Part shown: positions 51,537 to 63,845 of the stretch, in pieces
Position numbering within the stretch: position 1 is the first letter of the stretch
Layout: each line of letters opens with the position of its first letter
Origin: Coniocarpon cinnabarinum
Lineage: Eukaryota
Assembly: GCA_051942205.1 (NCBI GenBank)
Contig: JAVECO010000044.1
Location: forward strand, 62,001-126,000
Reading direction: 5' to 3'
DNA length: 64,000 bases
Translations under genes and position numbers: made by a program
Notes under the pieces: model-generated
Databases searched by the model: none
Told to the model about the DNA's origin: nothing
Seen by the model: the letters and a program-made list of their open reading frames with translations, nothing else

Positions 51537-51825
51537 CTTGCCTTACTCTTGTCAAGCTCAAAGCTATTCAAACAGCATCTTCAGATCTCGTCTCAACATC
51601 AAACGCCAAGACATAGGGCTGAATCCATTCGTCCTGGACCTCGAAGATACCTAGCTGTCTATCTACCTACCTACACACGAGCTTCCACAACTAACAGCCC
51701 AGCTCTGACAACAACGTAGAGGTGCTCGAGAGGGCTTTTAATATGCACTGATTTTCGAGTCGAGCTCCTATACTACGGGGTCTCCCAACTATCCGCGATC
51801 TCTCGCCCTCCTCCTCTTCTTCACC

Positions 51826-52142
51826 ATGCCCACCATCAGAGGGCCTTTTCCCAAATTCTGGCGCAACCCAATCCAATATAGTCGGTGGGCTGCACATGAG
51901 AAACCTGCGATCTTCTACTCTGTGATCATTGGAGCTACCGGTCCCATTCTTCTTGTCGTTGCACCTCCCATTCAGAAATACTATGGTTTCAAACCGCCAG
52001 ACCCGATTCCTCTGACATACCCCAGTACGTGATTTATCAGACACTGGTTCAATCCTAGACTACGTCAAATGCTCACATGGATCGTTTACTAGTTCCAACA
52101 GGACCACGGAAAATACCGGAAGGCTTTGATGATCCAAAATAA
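51826..52142 (+). CDS. NADH:ubiquinone oxidoreductase 9.5 kDa subunit (NI9M/B9-like)
   Basis: PKFWRNPIQYSRWAAHEKPAIFYSVIIG...IPLTYP, intron, then PTGPRKIPEGFDDPK*. Confidence 0.9.
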
Positions 52143-52457
52143 GGCGAAGAACGAAACATCCGAAGCGTCAACAAATACAGGCCATGCGCAGTACCATTCG
52201 AAGCGCGGAACAGAATTTGATACCTAGCGATGATACCTGAATAACGCATGCACTGTCGTATTTGCGGCAGAGGCTTGATTGCACAACTAGAGAATGGAAT
52301 AGACCCTGGTAGACCTTGAATGACACACCAAGTGTATGATAAAAAGCCTCTGCGAAAGCAGACCTGGTTCATGGGGTCATCTGTGCTATCTATTGGTCTT
52401 CCTAATTTCTAGTTTCAAGCAGTCGCCTGCCGTTGGCTGTCATGTCTATTGTCACTT

Positions 52458-54320
52458 TCATTTTCGTTTGTTCTTTTTCTTTGACTTGCTGCTGGCACTA
52501 TTAAGTTCCCCAGAAGAAGATGCACCATCCATTACACTCTCTGCGACCCGTGAGGCACCCAGACTGATCCCCGATGGACTGACGACTGCATCTGTACTTC
52601 CTCTAGATCTGACGCTGGACCTCGAAGGGCTTTGATTGCGAGCCGATGCGACTGCTGCAAATGACGGAGCAGCAGGCGTTTCCGCAATAAGAGCCGGAGG
52701 AAAGTCAGAGCTTGGTGTAGTGTATTCTGTGCCGGTGTTCGGGGAGTCAAAACTGTCGGAAACGCGCCCGTCAATCTGGCGAGCCTTTCCTGGCATGAGA
52801 CGCTCGTCCTCGCTAGTGTATACGGGCGGCTGCGGTGAGTTGTATGAAAGAAGTCGCGACACTTGAGTTCTACTTTCAGTGGCCTTCGTTGTACCAACAG
52901 GCCTAGCGTGGAAAGCCAGTGCGTCGAAAACATGAGGAAATACCAATTTGTCGACATCGGCTGCCCATAGAAAGTCCAAATGCTCATACTTTGGCACTTC
53001 GCGAGCAACAGTGTGTTTAGGCAGCTCCTTCAGCATCACGTCGATGTTGACCAAGCTGTCGGAACCGCCATAGACCAATACCACTGGAGTTCGTATGTTG
53101 CGCGTCGGGAATTTGGGCACCTTGTAATACCGCCTACCGTCTGCAATACTGAGCGGTCTCTGCACCTCGTCATCGAAGAAGATGAAGCTAGCGTTCCGTA
53201 TAATCTGAAACCAATGCACAACCGACTTCGTACTCGTGAAGCTATACAGATGAGGATAGGCAGCCAATTTCTGTTGTTGTGTGATATTCTGCGTCTCCCA
53301 GCCGAACAGAAATCGCAGGGCTGTGTCAATACATCTGACGAAGATGGGTGGATACAAAAGAGCCTGCCACATAGTCGCTGAGCTTAGCATGCTCCGGCGA
53401 CCAAATGCAAGATACAGCACTTCCGGAGAAGTCTTGACAAGCGAAGCGACGATGCCGTTGGCGAGACCTGGTGGAGACATAGCAGGGGCCAAAGCGATGA
53501 AGACGTCAACCTTTTGATTGAGTTTTGGATGAATAGACAGAGTTGCAAAAGCTTGAGCAGTGCCCTGTGAAAACCCAATGTAGGAGAGAGACGATTGAGT
53601 CGTTGCGTCGAGAATATACTCGATGCTGTCCGGGATGTCGTGGAAGGCAAACTGGTCAATAGAGAAGTTCCAGAACTCGTGCGTGTCAGGTGAGAACTTG
53701 GTAGACTTTTTCGAGTATTTGTTGCCACGATTATTCCCTAGCCACACGTCGTACCCAGCGTCGACGAGCACGAATGGTAGAGCCTTGTCCTTTTCTGTTC
53801 GACATACCCAAACTTCGCTGTTCATCATAAGCCCATGATGCAAATATACGACTTTCTTCTGTATAGTGCCAGGGCCCGCGTTAACCCGCTGATCTTCTTC
53901 TCCTTTACGCCAAGCAAGCCTGTGCAATCCGAGCAGGTACCCATCCTCTGTATGCACCACATGTTCTTCCGCATAGTATCCGAAGAAGTCACATAGGTCC
54001 ACGAAGTCCTGCGCGTGAGCAATTGGATCAGTCACTGGTTTGTGCTGAGCCCGATTCTTTTTGCTCTGCGGACTGCTGAGAGCATTGTACAAAGCCCGAG
54101 AGCGATCATGGAGAAAACCTAGGAGTCGCGTAGGTAAAGCGAGAGTAATAATGCGAACGAGCGACTCAACGGTTAGAAGAATGAAGGAGAGCGAAACGGC
54201 CAGGTATTCCCTTAGATCAAGGCGGCGAAGGAAGGGCAAGCCCATTCTGAATCCCATAGAGGTTTGTGTGTTACGAGCGCAGCTCGAACCAGGGAAGAAT
54301 GAGCGTGGGAGCCACTGCAT
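52458..54320 (-). CDS. AB-hydrolase lipase / sterol esterase (Tgl1-like); start may be a downstream Met (54257 or 54245)
   Basis: EEHVVHTEDGYLLGLHR, HHGLMMNSEVW, GYDVWLGNNRGNKYS, GFSQGTAQ and YEHLDFLW. Confidence 0.92.
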   Translation of the reverse strand: MQWLPRSFFPGSSCARNTQTSMGFRMGLPFLRRLDLREYLAVSLSFILLTVESLVRIITLALPTRLLGFLHDRSRALYNALSSPQSKKNRAQHKPVTDPIAHAQDFVDLCDFFGYYAEEHVVHTEDGYLLGLHRLAWRKGEEDQRVNAGPGTIQKKVVYLHHGLMMNSEVWVCRTEKDKALPFVLVDAGYDVWLGNNRGNKYSKKSTKFSPDTHEFWNFSIDQFAFHDIPDSIEYILDATTQSSLSYIGFSQGTAQAFATLSIHPKLNQKVDVFIALAPAMSPPGLANGIVASLVKTSPEVLYLAFGRRSMLSSATMWQALLYPPIFVRCIDTALRFLFGWETQNITQQQKLAAYPHLYSFTSTKSVVHWFQIIRNASFIFFDDEVQRPLSIADGRRYYKVPKFPTRNIRTPVVLVYGGSDSLVNIDVMLKELPKHTVAREVPKYEHLDFLWAADVDKLVFPHVFDALAFHARPVGTTKATESRTQVSRLLSYNSPQPPVYTSEDERLMPGKARQIDGRVSDSFDSPNTGTEYTTPSSDFPPALIAETPAAPSFAAVASARNQSPSRSSVRSRGSTDAVVSPSGISLGASRVAESVMDGASSSGELNSASSKSKKKNKRK

Positions 54321-54530
54321 CTAAGTGCTGAGAGTCAATGGCAGCAAAGTGGCATGTGCCTCGAGCATGTGAAAGCTTGTGATCGCGGGCTAAGGCAGAG
54401 GCGAGACTAAATAGGAAGTCTGTGATATACTTCGTCTTAACGTAAAGCAATGATCACTTCCAAGGTTTTCTAGTGATCTTTTTGAGAACATTATCGCAAT
54501 TAGCTTATTGCTGCTGTCACCTACGCCGCA

Positions 54531-54973
54531 ATGCCTTCCTCGTGCAAGGACATCCGTAAGCCTCTCAAACCTGCAAAGAAGCCTATTGATGACTGACGTC
54601 ATTTCAACGTAAAGGTTCCGAGTTGGCTTCATGCCTTCAGTACAGCGATTGCGTCTTCATTGAGCGCAACAAGCCCGGTGATTGCCTGCGTCCGCCTCTC
54701 CGAGACACTCTTCCTACGCAATGTCAGCAGCTTCAAAAGTCGTACGCCGAATGCAAGAAAGGCTGGGTGGATATGCGCAAACGCTTCAGAGGAAATCGTC
54801 CAATCAGCATGTCTCAAGAAATTGAGGCAGATGCATCTGGTCAAAGCTATCAGCTCTACAGCGGGACTCCAGCGTTTCCTCGTGGGGTCACTGGTACAGC
54901 TGAAGGCATGAGCGAGGAAGAACGAATAAAGGCTGGCGAAGAAGCACGAAATCCCTTGGACAGGGGACAGTAA
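54531..54973 (+). CDS. PET191: Cytochrome c oxidase assembly factor Pet191/COA5
   Basis: MPSSCKDI, intron, RSELASCLQYSDCV...CLR...CQQLQKSYAECKKGWVDMRKRFRGN twin-Cx9C pattern. Confidence 0.92.
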
Positions 54974-56019
54974 TATCAAGGGCCGTGTCAGACAATAGGT
55001 TCTGTCTCGCGTTTCTCTCTCCTAGACAGCATCATGATAAATTGGGCCTGATGAAACTCATATAAGACCACTCTGACGGAGACCAAGGCATCGGGAGTCC
55101 TCTGCATAACCATCATAAGTCCCTAGGCGCCTCTGATGCTCAACGTTTTCGAGCGGTTCGTCCAAGCTCCGGCTGCTCGTTCTAACCTCCCACAGAAGCC
55201 ACGGGGAGAAAGCTCATCCGCCGCTCGTTAGCACACTCGCATCAGTGCAATGACAGCAAGAAAGCTTGCTGCACCCGATGGGCTTTTGATCGTGGCAACT
55301 CTGGGTTCACATTGCATGCTAAGCATACCTCCTACAATGCAATGGTGTCGCCGCTATCGCAGTGGTCGAACGTCATTTTAACTCGCGATCTCGCCGTGGA
55401 CCCTGGAATCTGTGTGCCTCAGAGGAACGACAGGCTCACCCACATGGCCAGGATCGAATCCGTCCTTTGAACGCAACGCTACTGGCTCAGAGCATGTAGC
55501 ATGGTCGCGAGAATTTAAGCGCGTTGAGAACTCGAGAAGGCTCTGGAAGAAAAACAATGATCGAGTCCCAGCAAGAGTCTTCGTTGGAGGTGAGGCAGAT
55601 GTCCACGTACGTGGAGAAAAAGCTTGCATAAATCAGTGAAGAGTCCCGTGTGTCCAAAGACTTTTATATGCTTACAAAGAGCACAAGCAGCCTTGCGATC
55701 ATGGGCAGATTAGAATTTTGAAAGGGGTCAACAAGCATCAAAGTCACCTCGGCGGTCCTTTCAAAACAGAGTGCCGCCTCGCTAGAGTCTAGCAAAAGGA
55801 TTCTTAATAGCCCCAGCGCCCCCAATATCAAAAGGCGCAAATCCTCCCGAAACATGTCATCCTGCAGCCAATGACGCCATGCACGATACGCGCTAGACAG
55901 TGCGGGCGTATATCCTGCCTATACGATGGAAAGGCTCGCTTGATGCATCCACCCTAAACCAGCCATGGACTCAAAATTTCGAAGTAATTACTGCCCAAGA
56001 GGTTGCTCCACAATTTCTT

Positions 56020-56487
56020 CTACCTTGTACCACTTCGTTTTTTCTTTCCCTCGGTTGACCGACCGCGCTTTCCTTGGGGTTTCGTTGACTTGTTAGATCC
56101 ACGGTCTGATTGGCTCGACTTGCTTGCGTTACTTGCGTTGCTTGCGTTGCTTGAGCGGCTCGACGAGCGTGAATGACTTGACTCTGGGCCGCCAGTAGAA
56201 TGGGTGGAGCCCCCATCGGTCATCCTCATTTCCGCTTGTTTTGGTTTTAGCTGTGGCCCATATCCACACTCCGTAAAGCACAAGCCCGCAGTCATGCACC
56301 AGAGGATCATTCGACACGTCAGAAGGAAGCAACCGCAACAGCCATCAGTATTAAAAGGGCTGCCACTTATTCTCCACGAGTTCTCAGTGATACCCACCTC
56401 GATTGCCTCAAAGCCTTGGCCTTCCGTCGTTTCGTCCTTTTTCGGCCAAATGGACTGCGTAAATGTTCTCTTATGATTGGGCGCCAT
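56020..56487 (-). CDS. Hypothetical small protein with Cys-rich hydrophobic segment
   Basis: 155-aa ATG ORF; GCCGCFLLTCRMILWCMTAGLCFTEC followed by an S/K/R-rich tail. Confidence 0.5.
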   Translation of the reverse strand: MAPNHKRTFTQSIWPKKDETTEGQGFEAIEVGITENSWRISGSPFNTDGCCGCFLLTCRMILWCMTAGLCFTECGYGPQLKPKQAEMRMTDGGSTHSTGGPESSHSRSSSRSSNASNASNASKSSQSDRGSNKSTKPQGKRGRSTEGKKKRSGTR

Positions 56488-57546
56488 ACTGGATTTGGAT
56501 GAAGGTGGAGGAGATGAGCTGCTGGGATTGTTGAATGCGGCGATGTAGTGGCGTAAAGAATGAGGAGAGCGTATTTCGAGGAGCCAGCGGGTTCCAGATC
56601 CGAATAGACATGATTACCCTTCCGGCCGCGTTAAGGCCAGTGTGGCCATTTGGTCCCGAGAGACGGAACACGGTTGGGATGTCGCACCTGATAGCCAGCC
56701 GAGCCCGTGTCACGTGATGATATGACAGACGAATCTGATCAGGCCCAGTGTATTTGTATTGCGGCTGCAACTCATATGTAATGATTTTTGAGTTGCTGTA
56801 AGATCTTTCCAAACTTGCAGTGCGATTTTCTAAGAACCATGGACCATGCATGACGAGTACACGTTTCTGTTTTCTTGCACTCACAGCCAAGTCCTTTTAA
56901 TGGCGAGGGTGCATGAGCACTGGATCATCTGTGGACCTAATTTTCAAATACCCATTTATCAGGACTCTGGGACGCTGCTTTCTACATGAGCGCATCGCTC
57001 TACAGATATACTCGGTTGATCCTTCACCATAAATCACCACATCTTGCTGTTCTATTCAAAGTACCTCTGGGTGTGACCTTGATTGTCTTGATGGCGAGCA
57101 TGAAGTGCTCTCAGTTGTTACCAGCTTATTTAATCGCCTCGAGAGAAGCCTGCGGTGGCTAATCAGGCTTGTACATTCGGTGGCTGCGTGCGTTGAACAT
57201 GCCGACCTCGTATGCCATTGGTCAGGCTCGGATTCTTGGTCACTGATTGTGGTCTTTTGGCTGAGGTGATAGAACACGAATGCCCACACGGCAATGCCGA
57301 TCACATGTCTTCAGTCACCATGTCGCCCGTGTGGCAACAGTGAGGTGTTCGTAGCCTAATGGCCGTACAGCTTTACTCATGGCATCAGCGAAGTATGATA
57401 CTCAGGCCTGCCCGTATTGAGAGAACACAAAAGGCCGGAGATGTTGACATTGTTGCTGAGCGTACTCGAGGTTGCTCGCTGAATTAGCATCGCAATTTGA
57501 AGTGCTTCATTCACTTCGCAGCCACTGTTCACGCTGCCTGAGCCAC

Positions 57547-58158
57547 CTACCCAGCGCGTGGCTGGGTATATTCGGGAAATTTAGAAGGTTGATACAGAGG
57601 TGGATTCTGACTTGACTGAACGGAGCTTACTGCAGGTCCTGTCGATCGCTGCGCCGGCGGTGGATATATAATTCCATTCGTCTGGCCTGACCGAGTCGGC
57701 TGTTCGGGTGGTCCTCTAAAAGGCTGGCCAGAGGCCGTGTTTCCGGGTTGCCTCATACCCACATGTGCCGCACCACCTCCATTTTGGCCCTTTTCCTCTT
57801 GCTCAAACCGTTGATTGGAAAGCTTAGCCGAGTCTTCAACCTTTTGTTTTGCCACACGTGCTCTGAACCCCTGGTACCAGCGGCGGGCGCGTTCTTTGTT
57901 TGCCTCGCGCTTCTTCCGTGGCAGGAAAATGATGCACGTCCTCATTATCGCATACCCAATGCCTCCCAAGATTTCCCAGGTATTGTCTTTCATCCTGCGA
58001 CAGATCCAAAGCACACCTTTGCCAATCCAAACAAAGACCATTCCAGACTTTTTGAAGAGCAGAATGATTCCATCGACGCAAAGTTCGAAGGGCCAGACAA
58101 GAAGATCACAAATCTTCTCGAGCTTGCTCTTGCCTGGGGCAAAATTGGGCTGCGCCAT
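57547..58158 (-). CDS. Hypothetical membrane-associated protein
   Basis: 203-aa ATG ORF; amphipathic/hydrophobic N-half and P/Q/S-rich tail. Confidence 0.55.
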   Translation of the reverse strand: MAQPNFAPGKSKLEKICDLLVWPFELCVDGIILLFKKSGMVFVWIGKGVLWICRRMKDNTWEILGGIGYAIMRTCIIFLPRKKREANKERARRWYQGFRARVAKQKVEDSAKLSNQRFEQEEKGQNGGGAAHVGMRQPGNTASGQPFRGPPEQPTRSGQTNGIIYPPPAQRSTGPAVSSVQSSQNPPLYQPSKFPEYTQPRAG

Positions 58159-59062
58159 CTCGTGAGGCTCGAAGATGTCCCGAAAATGGACCTAGGGAAA
58201 ATAGATACAATGTGATAATTATGCAAGCTCTTAGATGACGAACTTACTAGAAGAGTAAGGTGAGACGCTGGCGGAATGGTTGGACCAAGAAAATCCTTGG
58301 TAGGGTGCGACAGGCCGAAAGAAGCAGAGCCTAGCGACAAGACGAACACGTTTCAAGATGTCATTGGGGTCAGCGCGGGGAACGCATCTGGCAGTGTATG
58401 GCATTGAGTCCCGTGTCTCACCACGAGTATAACAAAAAAGGATAGCTGGCATTGATGCGAGCCGTTTGGAACCCAGCCAACCTAACAGCTTCGCCCGGCC
58501 GTGCAACGAAGCTCTGGACCTGAAGGACCGTCACCAAGAAGCATAGAGCTTTTCTTTGACGACGCAAAACAAGCAATGTGGTCCTCGAGCAACTTGTGCG
58601 TCAGCCACGAACACTACATGTAGGTCGTGGAGCAGTGTCTCTCCAGAAAGATATTGAAAAATCGAAAATGAACAGACTGTCAGCATTGCGGCAAAAGCCA
58701 CGCAAGTTGTCCTTGAGGCTTCAAATACAGCCAGAGAGGGTCGCGTCACAGGCCCGCGGTTAGATTCGCGGCCTGGTCCTTGCCGTGCTTATTAAGTAAG
58801 GCTAGCTTTACGAGTGGTGGCAAATCCAGTCGATAAATATCGATCCTCCTTTGACTCCGTTTCCACAGTTTGAGAACGCATACACATTTGACACAATGGT
58901 CGAAAGCTGAACACAGCGTACGATAGCCACCGCCTGCTACATGGCTACTCGCTTCGAAGCTCGTCCAACTCAACGGATCTTCGAGGCGGTCTGAAGTTCG
59001 TCATCAGCTTTTCGACAAACACAAGATTATCGCTCTGGTGCTCAAAGAAGCTCTCCAGCTTA

Positions 59063-59561
59063 CAGCGCTTTTCATGAAGACTGACAATGGTTGGTCCGTG
59101 CACTGATGCACACACACACATCTCCTGAGGTCAACGTTGTCGCCAACGTCGCCGCTGACGTCGCCGCTAACGCTGCCGTCGACGTCGTTTTCTAATAGAA
59201 TAGTAAGGACTAGCTATACAAGCCTATTACTGCTTCTTCCGGCTTCTTTTGTGCTTTTGCGGCGATAATATGTGTAGATCGATATAAGAAGAAACTGGGG
59301 CAGGGTAAGCTTAGGCAGGGTAAGCTTAACGCTAGAAAAATCCACTCAGTGAAGACGATCGCCGCAAAAGTATACAAGAAGCCGGAAGAAGCAGTAATAG
59401 GCTCGTATAGACTATTTATCTTAATATTACTAAAAACGACGTTAGCGGCAGCGTCAGCGGCGACGTCGGCGGCGACGTCAGCGACGACATCAAGCTCAGG
59501 AGATGTGTGTGTGTGCAGCAGTGCACGGACCAACCATTGTCAGTCTTCATGAAAAGCGCTG
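59063..59561. mobile_element. MITE, copy 2 (complete; TA target-site duplication, Tc1/mariner-like)
   Basis: TA|CAGCGCTTTTCATGAAGACTGACAATGGTTGGTCCGTGCACTG ... CAGTGCACGGACCAACCATTGTCAGTCTTCATGAAAAGCGCTG|TA; inverted arms of roughly 200 bp; no coding capacity. Confidence 0.93.
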
Positions 59562-60031
59562 TACCCCCTTGTGTTCCTAATGCCAAACCTCGTGCATATT
59601 CCTTGAATTGCTTAGATCAACCTCATGGGATCAGAACACACACATACGATTCTTTGTGGAGTCGCTAACGGCACCCTAGCTGACAGCAGCAATGCTCTCT
59701 TTACATGAACCATCGTGCATGAGGTTTCCTGACGGCAAGCTGCCCAGAAGCAGAGGCTGTCAAGAGATTTAGGGATTTTTGCTTGGCCTGAAGGAAAACC
59801 TCACTTTTCGCAGCAACAGTAAGACTGCTTTAGCCCTTAATACGGATATCTTTAGCAAATCTCAGCTGTAGTATTAGACATCTCTGATGAAGGACCAGCT
59901 TCTAACAACCGTATTGATCAAGGACTATTGAGCAAGGACTTCTATATGTGGAGTGAGAGAGAGATATTGCAAAGACGACTAATTGTATCCAGCTTTAGTA
60001 TTCAGAGGCGCATATGGTGCCAGTCACTACA

Positions 60032-60362
60032 TCAATACGTCACACGGTGGACGGCGCTACGCCCTCCCCTGCTACCCGCATCATAGAACTCGAGCACGAG
60101 GACGTTCCCCTCTTTTCTACACGTCAGATCAGCCAATGCGTTTGACGGCGGCATGCGTGACTCACGTAACGTCGCACGTCAAGTGCTTGTCATTGTTCTC
60201 AGCAGCGCCTTGAGCCACCGCCGCAAACTCACTCTCCTCAACAGGGAGGTCACTCTCGAGGTGTCGCTTCTTCTCCTCCTCACTCGTGAAGTCGCCTAGA
60301 GGCGGCGTGTTCCATGCGTCGTGGCTGACATACCAGTTGATGTTGTGTCCGCCGACGGCCAT
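60032..60362 (-). CDS. Orphan ~93-aa protein (paralog A)
   Basis: Exons 60362-60166 and 60116-60032 (49-nt GTGAGT..CTGAC..TAG intron); supported by homology to 62554-62878; an upstream ATG at 60458 is possible. Confidence 0.7.
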
Positions 60363-62553
60363 AACGAAATGATGATGAAACAGATGTGCAAAGCTGTGAT
60401 GCGCATCTGACCAGATGCGGTTGGGTTCAAGGTTGGCAAAGGCGCCAAGAAGAGGCATTGTTTATGAAGAAGTGGGTGAAAAGCAACACGATGCAAAAGT
60501 CAAAGAGTCTTGATTCTTGTATAGCAAGCCAGCATAAGTCAAAACCCACAAGCATCCTGTTTATTTAAGGCCCACGATAAAAGAAAAATATCACGAAAAC
60601 CGAACACGTTCGACGGTGTTTTGCTAGCCTTGGCCAAAACATGTTCGCTTGCTTACAGACGAGCGCAGAGAACAGCTGTTGCAGCTTGTCAGAACTAGTC
60701 TCGCTTCAATAGCGGTGCTGATGGCGAAACAGGCGAGACAAATGACAGCCGAGACAATGCAAATAGTCGCAGAGACAGAAGGCCAATTAAGATGTGCGGG
60801 AGCAACGATCATGGTCCACGAAACCACATATGATTTGCGGAGGCAGTGCAACTACTGAATTTGATGACTCTTACAGCTTAACACGTAAAGCCTCGAAAAA
60901 CAGTTTCTACACGGACTACCTATCTTCAAACGCCGCCCCAATCACCTAGACCTTTAGTGCTTACCCGTCACGTGACGTGTCAAAGCCGGTTTGGTCGCAG
61001 GATGTCGCCCCAGAAATCAGCTGTATCAAGTGCTTTACATGATGTAGTGACATACCAAAGCCGCCGTCACACGTGACTGAAGTGCCACGTATACAGCAAA
61101 CCTCTCACTCGCGGCCAGTTTAGCCTTCAAGACTTGCATGTAATCGAGAGTACTCCAACCCAAGCAGAAATATCACACATCCATTTTTTTCGATCGTGTT
61201 ACTCCTTCTGAACCGGTACAAAGCGTAAGTTCCGGTCGGTAGCACAAAGGCGACTTGAGCGAGACGCAACATAGCCAAATGAACAAAGAATATGAGTAGG
61301 CCAGTCGAGACCCAGGCTTTAAGACTCTACTCGTCCATTTGCTCGGATAGCCGCATGATATTAGGGCTATGAGGAACAGCTAAATCTATGATAACAAAGA
61401 TGTATCGAGCCGCTACGGTATGCTCAAAGGGTAGTTATTGGTGGGATTTCAGTCGAGTAGCGTTATAGGAAATCGAACAGAGAAGTATCATGAACATCTG
61501 TTACAAAGAAGTGCTGATGTGGCCCTAACTAGAAGACGATTGTACGAGATGCCACAGGCGCGAAAGTTGCGCCGGTTGTGGCTCATTCCGCGCTGCTCTT
61601 TTACTGCTAGCTCTGTGTGATACCTTTTGGTGCACGGCAGTGGCCGTGCTGTCGGATCAGAATGCCTGAGCACAGTGGCTCGTCTGTGTGCGCTTTCAGC
61701 CTCGGTGGGCTCGCCGCTGTGGACGCCCTTTTGGTGGCTAAGCTGACGGTGGATGTTTCGTTGGTGAGTGCACTCTCACTTGCACGCGGTCCTCGATGCT
61801 CCGAGGGGTGCGCCTCTGCGCTACCTGCAAAGTCTTTTGCCGCTAATTGGGAATGTGCAGATGCGGGTTATGTTCACGATCTACTTGTCGCTAACACAAG
61901 GCCATTCACGCAGAGGAGCGTGCATAAAAAGTAGCGTGTCGGATGAGTAAAATGTCTCAAGACACGCGCTCTTGCCGTGTGCAACACCCTCTCGTAGTCA
62001 GTGATGGACTAGAGATTTGTTGGCATTTCGATCCACGCTGAGTTGAGGTATTCCTTTTGTGTGTGTATGTTTGAAGTTTTGAATCATCAGGCGTGGTTCC
62101 ACTGCTAGCCGATAAGCTTCTATTAGTGGATTGACAGAGTCCGCTAGACATTGGCTTCCGTGGCCCTCCGGGAGTCCCAAGCTTTACTAACTTCCCCCTG
62201 TTGCCGGCTCCTGTAAGGTTGAAAAAGCCTAGGCTCAAAGGTCAACCGTAGAGTTTCTGCTAACGGTGTTAGAGGCTCGGAGTTCTCGGAACATACTTGT
62301 CCTTTTAGAGAACTGTGCTCACTAGAGCGTGTGACAAGTGTTTTTTCTTTTTTCTTTTTTCATAACATACAAGCGTCGACTCTTCAGCGTTGGAAGGAGA
62401 TCCATATCAACTTTTTTCCAAGCTCAACGCCCAGACACCAAAAAGCCAGACACCAAAATTTTTAGCTCAAGTCTCCGCCTGACGCAGTCTTATAGAGACT
62501 GTCTTTTTATTGGCTAAGCCCCCCGCAACCTCTATACTCATTCATACGAGAAG

Positions 62554-62878
62554 AAGGCATCCCAATGGAAAATCCATTGGTTCGTCCATAATGACACATG
62601 GACCAGTGAGCTACTATCGAACTTTACAACCGACGATGCGAAGAAGGAACGTCTTGTAAACGAACTTCCTGTAGATAGTTCGAACTTTAAGGCAGTAGTC
62701 TAGAATAGTTCTAGGCGCTTAGTGTGCGACGTAACGTAAGTTATACATTTAGTGGCTAAGTGGCGAATACTAACTCTGTGCTGGTAGCAAGCAAGATAAT
62801 TACCATGTACTCCATTTCTATGATGCGCTCACTACGACAGGACGTAGTGCCGTCTACGAGCACAGGATTGACCCATGA
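62554..62878 (+). pseudogene. Pseudogenised paralog B of the 60032-60362 gene
   Basis: KIHWFVHNDTWTSELLSNFTTDDAKKERLVNELPVDSSNFKAVV*NSSRRLVCDVT, intron 62736-62787, KQDNYHVLHFYDALTTTGRSAVYEHRIDP*; internal TAG at 62701 and no in-frame ATG. Confidence 0.72.
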
Positions 62879-63599
62879 TGTAGAGACAGAGGAGGAGGAG
62901 TCTCCTTGAGGGCCGTAGCTGAATCCTCTCGTTTCCTTTAAAAAAAGCTCTTTCCTTGCTCCGCATGTTTTCATTCCGTGCACGTTCCACGACTAAAGCT
63001 TGGTATGAGTCGTTCTCGGTTGTGCTTAGATCGGACATGGGAATACTGTTTGGCTGGGGTACCGTTCGGTACTATCGCCAGCAGCCAACCAGTATATTTA
63101 CATGTTGATTACATGTTGATGCTCCTGATCTTATTGAGGCTCTCAGCTTTCGAATGGCTGCCTTGACTTAGTCATAGGCGTGTCTTTGTCCATAACCGAC
63201 TCGGCGGACATGTGCGTATAACATAACACCGCAGAGACCAATTCGAACACCATGAAAGTATCCTAGCTAAATAAAGTTTTAAGTGAGAGTTTACTGAATA
63301 CATATACATCCTAAAACAAAACCTAGCACCAAGGAGCAGTAGCAAGAGATGTGATGACGTGAAGTCTGCAGCACCAGGAGCGAGCTCTAGCGAGTCCTTA
63401 AGAAAAAGCGTGAAAAAGATCTCATACGTGGGGGCAATGATTCTGTGATAGAGATCTTTGCAGATAGCAAAACGTGCTAGCTGGCACATGCATGCATGCT
63501 GTAGACGAGGTCATGTCGAGCAAATTGGGGCAGCACTTACCTATAGCGATAGCTTAGCGATAACACAGCTCAGGCCTGGTTCTAATATATCACGGGCGA

Positions 63600-63845
63600 T
63601 GCCAGTGTTCTTAGTAGAGCAATATTTCTCTTACCAATATTATACTTACTCTACTATACTTAAGCAAGGTTATACTTATAATATACTTACTAAGAAGAAT
63701 ACTTACTAGTATACTAACAAGTGTAGATTGCTAACGTTAATAATAACATAAGGTATTACCACCTTTATTTTTGACTAATTTTTAAGTCTAACTGCTACTA
63801 TATTTAGTAAATAGTAATAACTATTATAACTAACCTATATCAACT
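63600..63845. other. AT-rich, TpA-rich tract, probable RIP-degraded repeat relic
   Basis: Abrupt drop in GC with dense TA dinucleotides (e.g. tatacttataatatacttactaag). Confidence 0.55.

Noticed and set aside
7912..59561. The two MITEs as ends of a 51-kb composite mobile segment
   Set aside because: They enclose core housekeeping genes, copy 2 has its own TA duplication and copy 1 is truncated; independent insertions are simpler
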